Below, in pieces: positions 34,857 to 37,651 of a DNA stretch of 37,651 bases. The notes beneath the pieces are model-generated. The model was not told the origin of the DNA and did not search any database. It worked only from the letters and a program-made list of their open reading frames with translations. A program made the translations under genes and the position numbers. Position 1 is the first letter of the stretch, and the number at the start of each line of letters is the position of its first letter. The DNA comes from Macrostomum lignano (Eukaryota): contig NIVC01000042.1 of the NCBI GenBank assembly GCA_002269645.1, forward strand, positions 662,444 through 700,094. The letters run 5' to 3'.

Positions 34857-35636
34857 TTAAGACTCAGCCGGCCAATTCTTTGGATGGTTCTTCACTCTAA
34901 CATTGATGATGTAGTCATCCGGACTCGGCCGTTTTGGGAACAGCGCTTCGTTCTTTGACGCCTTCTTTGCGACTTTCTTTGCGATCCTTTTCACTCGCTT
35001 TCTCTCCCGCTTGGCCTGCTTCCTCTGCTGCTTCTCCTCCTCCTTCAGCTTCTTCTTCTCCTCGTCAGTTAATGCGGCTTCCGGCTTTCCCTGCTCCGAC
35101 TTTGCATCCTCGGTGGCAGCGGCTTCAGACTTTGTATCTGTTTGAGCTGCAGACTCCTCCTGATCCTCTTCCGCCTGCTCCAGCTCGCCTTCCTCATATT
35201 CGCCCTCTTCGACTTCATCCCTTGTGTCGCTGTCCGTGACTTCGACTTCAATTTGCGAATTCCTGTCCTCTGCAGTTGCCAGCAGAATACAGGTTTCGTC
35301 CGACGAGACTTCCCCTGGACTGCCTTCAATGACTTCCTGCTTCTTCTTTGCCGATATCTCACCAGCTTCTGCGTCATCCGAAGGCTGCGATTCTTTGGTT
35401 TCACTCTCGGCGGCGGCAGTCGGTTCATTTGTCGAAGCTGCTGAATCCTTGGCGTCGTTAGCGTTTTCGCCACTGGTGCTAGTAGCATCCGCAAGTTCAG
35501 CAGAATGATCGGCATTGTGATGCATCATTGCTTCTTGAAGGCCCTCGTCGCAATCGACATCATCCGCCGCAAAGCTTGTTGTAGCGCTGCTGACGTTCAA
35601 CTCTCTGGGATTTACCGTCATGGCTTGCCGCACCAT
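34857..35636 (-). CDS. Hypothetical 259-aa protein: acidic low-complexity region, basic helix, short C-terminal segment
   Basis: ATG-to-TAA ORF with coding-like GC content and an in-frame stop just upstream; not made of tandem repeats. No family recognised. Confidence 0.65.
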   Translation of the reverse strand: MVRQAMTVNPRELNVSSATTSFAADDVDCDEGLQEAMMHHNADHSAELADATSTSGENANDAKDSAASTNEPTAAAESETKESQPSDDAEAGEISAKKKQEVIEGSPGEVSSDETCILLATAEDRNSQIEVEVTDSDTRDEVEEGEYEEGELEQAEEDQEESAAQTDTKSEAAATEDAKSEQGKPEAALTDEEKKKLKEEEKQQRKQAKRERKRVKRIAKKVAKKASKNEALFPKRPSPDDYIINVRVKNHPKNWPAES

Positions 35637-35849
35637 TGTGAAACCCGCTTTGATTTATCTGATCAGCTCAAGAATGACTCTGAACGAGAAAAGCTCCTAC
35701 GTCATCCGGAATTTAGTGTAATCCGTGGTTATTAGGAAAATTATTCTAGAAAATATGCTTCTGTAATAATTTGAGATATGCACGTGGCTTTGGCCATAGA
35801 AATTAAAGATTTTTGGTGCAACATTATATTAGATATAGATTACAGCTAG

Positions 35850-36046
35850 CACTGATAAAACTCAGGATGCGGAACTTAAACTTAATAGGAATTTTTTCAA
35901 GGCCCGCCTGAAAGCATTTTCTATGGTCATAAGTCTAACTAATTGGAGTGCAACACTAATAACTATTCAAAGCCAGCAGTATGGCTGATTTTAGAATGGT
36001 ACAAATTCCTACCAAGTTTAAGTTCTGCGTCCTGAGTTTTTCAGCA
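35850..36046. mobile_element. MITE with ~43-bp imperfect TIRs, left end CACTG
   Basis: CACTGATAAAACTCAGGATGCGGAACTTAAACTTAATAGGAATT versus the reverse complement of 36004-36046 (..CTGAAAAACTCAGGACGCAGAACTTAAACTTGGTAGGAATT). Confidence 0.75.
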
Positions 36047-36123
36047 GTAACAATAAGCAAGCGACAAAAATATTTATGCAAATCTTAGCTACATACAAGT
36101 ATTTAACTTGGCTCCTAATTAAG

Positions 36124-36164
36124 CAGTAAGCCTTGACATCTCAGAAATCCCCCAGTAAGCCTTG
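36124..36164. repeat. Dispersed copy of the 30-bp unit seen at 14403-14507
   Basis: CAGTAAGCCTTGACATCTCAGAAATCCCCCAGTAAGCCTTG. Confidence 0.75.
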
Positions 36165-37339
36165 GCATTCGACACGTTTGACATGACGCAACTTTTGAGT
36201 TAACTTTTAACTTAATATTTTTAATTTAATCATTTTCTTCGCTAGTGCAATAATCCTTGTCTCGTCCAGTGCAATAATCATTTTCTTATTTAGCTCGTAG
36301 TGCAATAATAATCCCTTTCTAAGCATAAGTGCAATAATCTCTTTTTCAGCCGCTACATTCAGATCGCTGCATTAGCAGTTCAGTCTGTTCACATACATAT
36401 ACATGTATATATATATATATAGCTCTCATCGAAATTTTAAAATGAATTGTGGCGCTTATAAGTCAACAGTCGACACACCAAACAGTTAAATTAAAGTCAC
36501 ACAGTATATCAGTTTCAACTAAAGTTAAAACAAATGGTTGCGAAATCTGCATGTACATGTAAATAAAGTCTGGTGCTATACTGTATGCTTCCAGACTGTG
36601 TTTTCTGGATATAGCTATAGCTATATATTATAGTATATGGACAGTGGTCCTTGATTGCGTCATGAGCTCTGATTTAGCCAGTATACAGACGATAAATAAA
36701 AAGCCTAGTATGATGCAATCAGAATCAGAATCTGAATTCAACCACAGTTTTTTCTCTACATGCAGCATTCTTACAAATAATGCATTTCAAGCCGAAAAGT
36801 CTGCTTGACTTTCAAAAAGCATGATGTTTTACGAATATTTAATCCCTTTACCATTGAGCAATTTCTTAGCCAAGACACATGGGCCGTCATGGGAAAATCG
36901 GTTGAGCCGCGCTTCTCTCTGAAATCAATCGGCGACAATCGCATATGGATGTAACGACAAACAACTCGATCATTTTTAGTTTAGTTAGCTAGTAGGATAG
37001 GATTTAGTATATTTTAGTATATTTTAGGATTTAGCAGATAGAAATATTAGAGATTTAGTATATTTAGAATTATTTTGAGCTTTAGAATAACGCTAAACAT
37101 TATTTCACCGGTACCGGAGAAATAACGAGGGCCTTAGAATATATATGTACAACGCCAAAAAGTCTGCAAATGCGTGTGTTTAAAAATTTACTTATTGCAA
37201 CTACTGTGAGAATAGATAGATAGTCAAATATTTTTTTATTATCTGTGTCTTGCAATTTGTTGTAACGATGGAGAAGCCTTTTCGAACTTGTCTTTTTCTT
37301 AGAAATACCCAATATCAATTTACTGGCGTGGAACTTATA

Positions 37340-37420
37340 ATATGCTTACTTATGCTTACAAATGAAACAAATGAGCATGCTTACAAATGAAACAAATGAG
37401 CATGCTTACTTATGCTTAGT
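37340..37420. repeat. Short local duplications (ATGCTTAC / AAATGAAACAAATGAGC)
   Basis: Read directly. Confidence 0.7.
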
Positions 37421-37651
37421 ATGCCACAAATGAAAAAAGACTCAGAAAAGAGCTCTCCGGAGCTGCTAAAATTTACGATGTCATGTACAGTTACATTTAT
37501 TTACCTGAAATATTCAGCATGTTTTATATACATGTATAGCAGTAAAGTACTGAGTCCGCGTTTTCTTATTATTCCCACCATCACGATTCACGTCCTTGGT
37601 ACGGTTCCTTGGCGCATTTCTGCAGAGAAGTTTCTATTTCTATAGAAAAAA

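Noticed and set aside
37100-37645. ORFs of 72 aa (minus) and 77 aa (plus) at the window end
   Set aside because: AT-rich, no recognisable motif, and no consistent splice context.

Overview
Eukaryotic genomic DNA. GC-rich exons and introns full of minisatellites suggest an invertebrate such as the flatworm Macrostomum, but the taxon is an inference. Five protein-coding loci were reconstructed by hand from splice sites, exon phase and recalled family motifs. (1) ENTPD4/7-like apyrase, minus strand, 3'-partial, with indels in exon 2. (2) DPAGT1, minus, 2 exons, 409 aa. (3) Nephrocystin-1 (NPHP1), minus, 21 exons, about 1150 aa, with a 490-codon charged low-complexity exon and one apparent -1 frameshift. 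(4) A tectonic-family gene, plus, 9 exons, 606 aa, with a predicted GC-AG intron. (5) An unrecognised acidic/basic 259-aa ORF, minus. NPHP1 and tectonic are both ciliary transition-zone genes and sit head-to-head, with 345 bp between their ATGs. Most large introns carry their own tandem repeat. Mobile-element finds include a tandem array of 66-bp minimal Helitron-like units (TC...hairpin-CTAG), two 45-53 bp micro-MITEs each with an 8-bp target-site duplication, a tRNA-headed SINE family (3 copies) with a covarying internal stem-loop, a foldback element with a 5-bp TSD, and further MITE/hAT fragments. No rRNA, true tRNA or CRISPR array is supported. No database searches were run; homology calls rest on remembered sequences.
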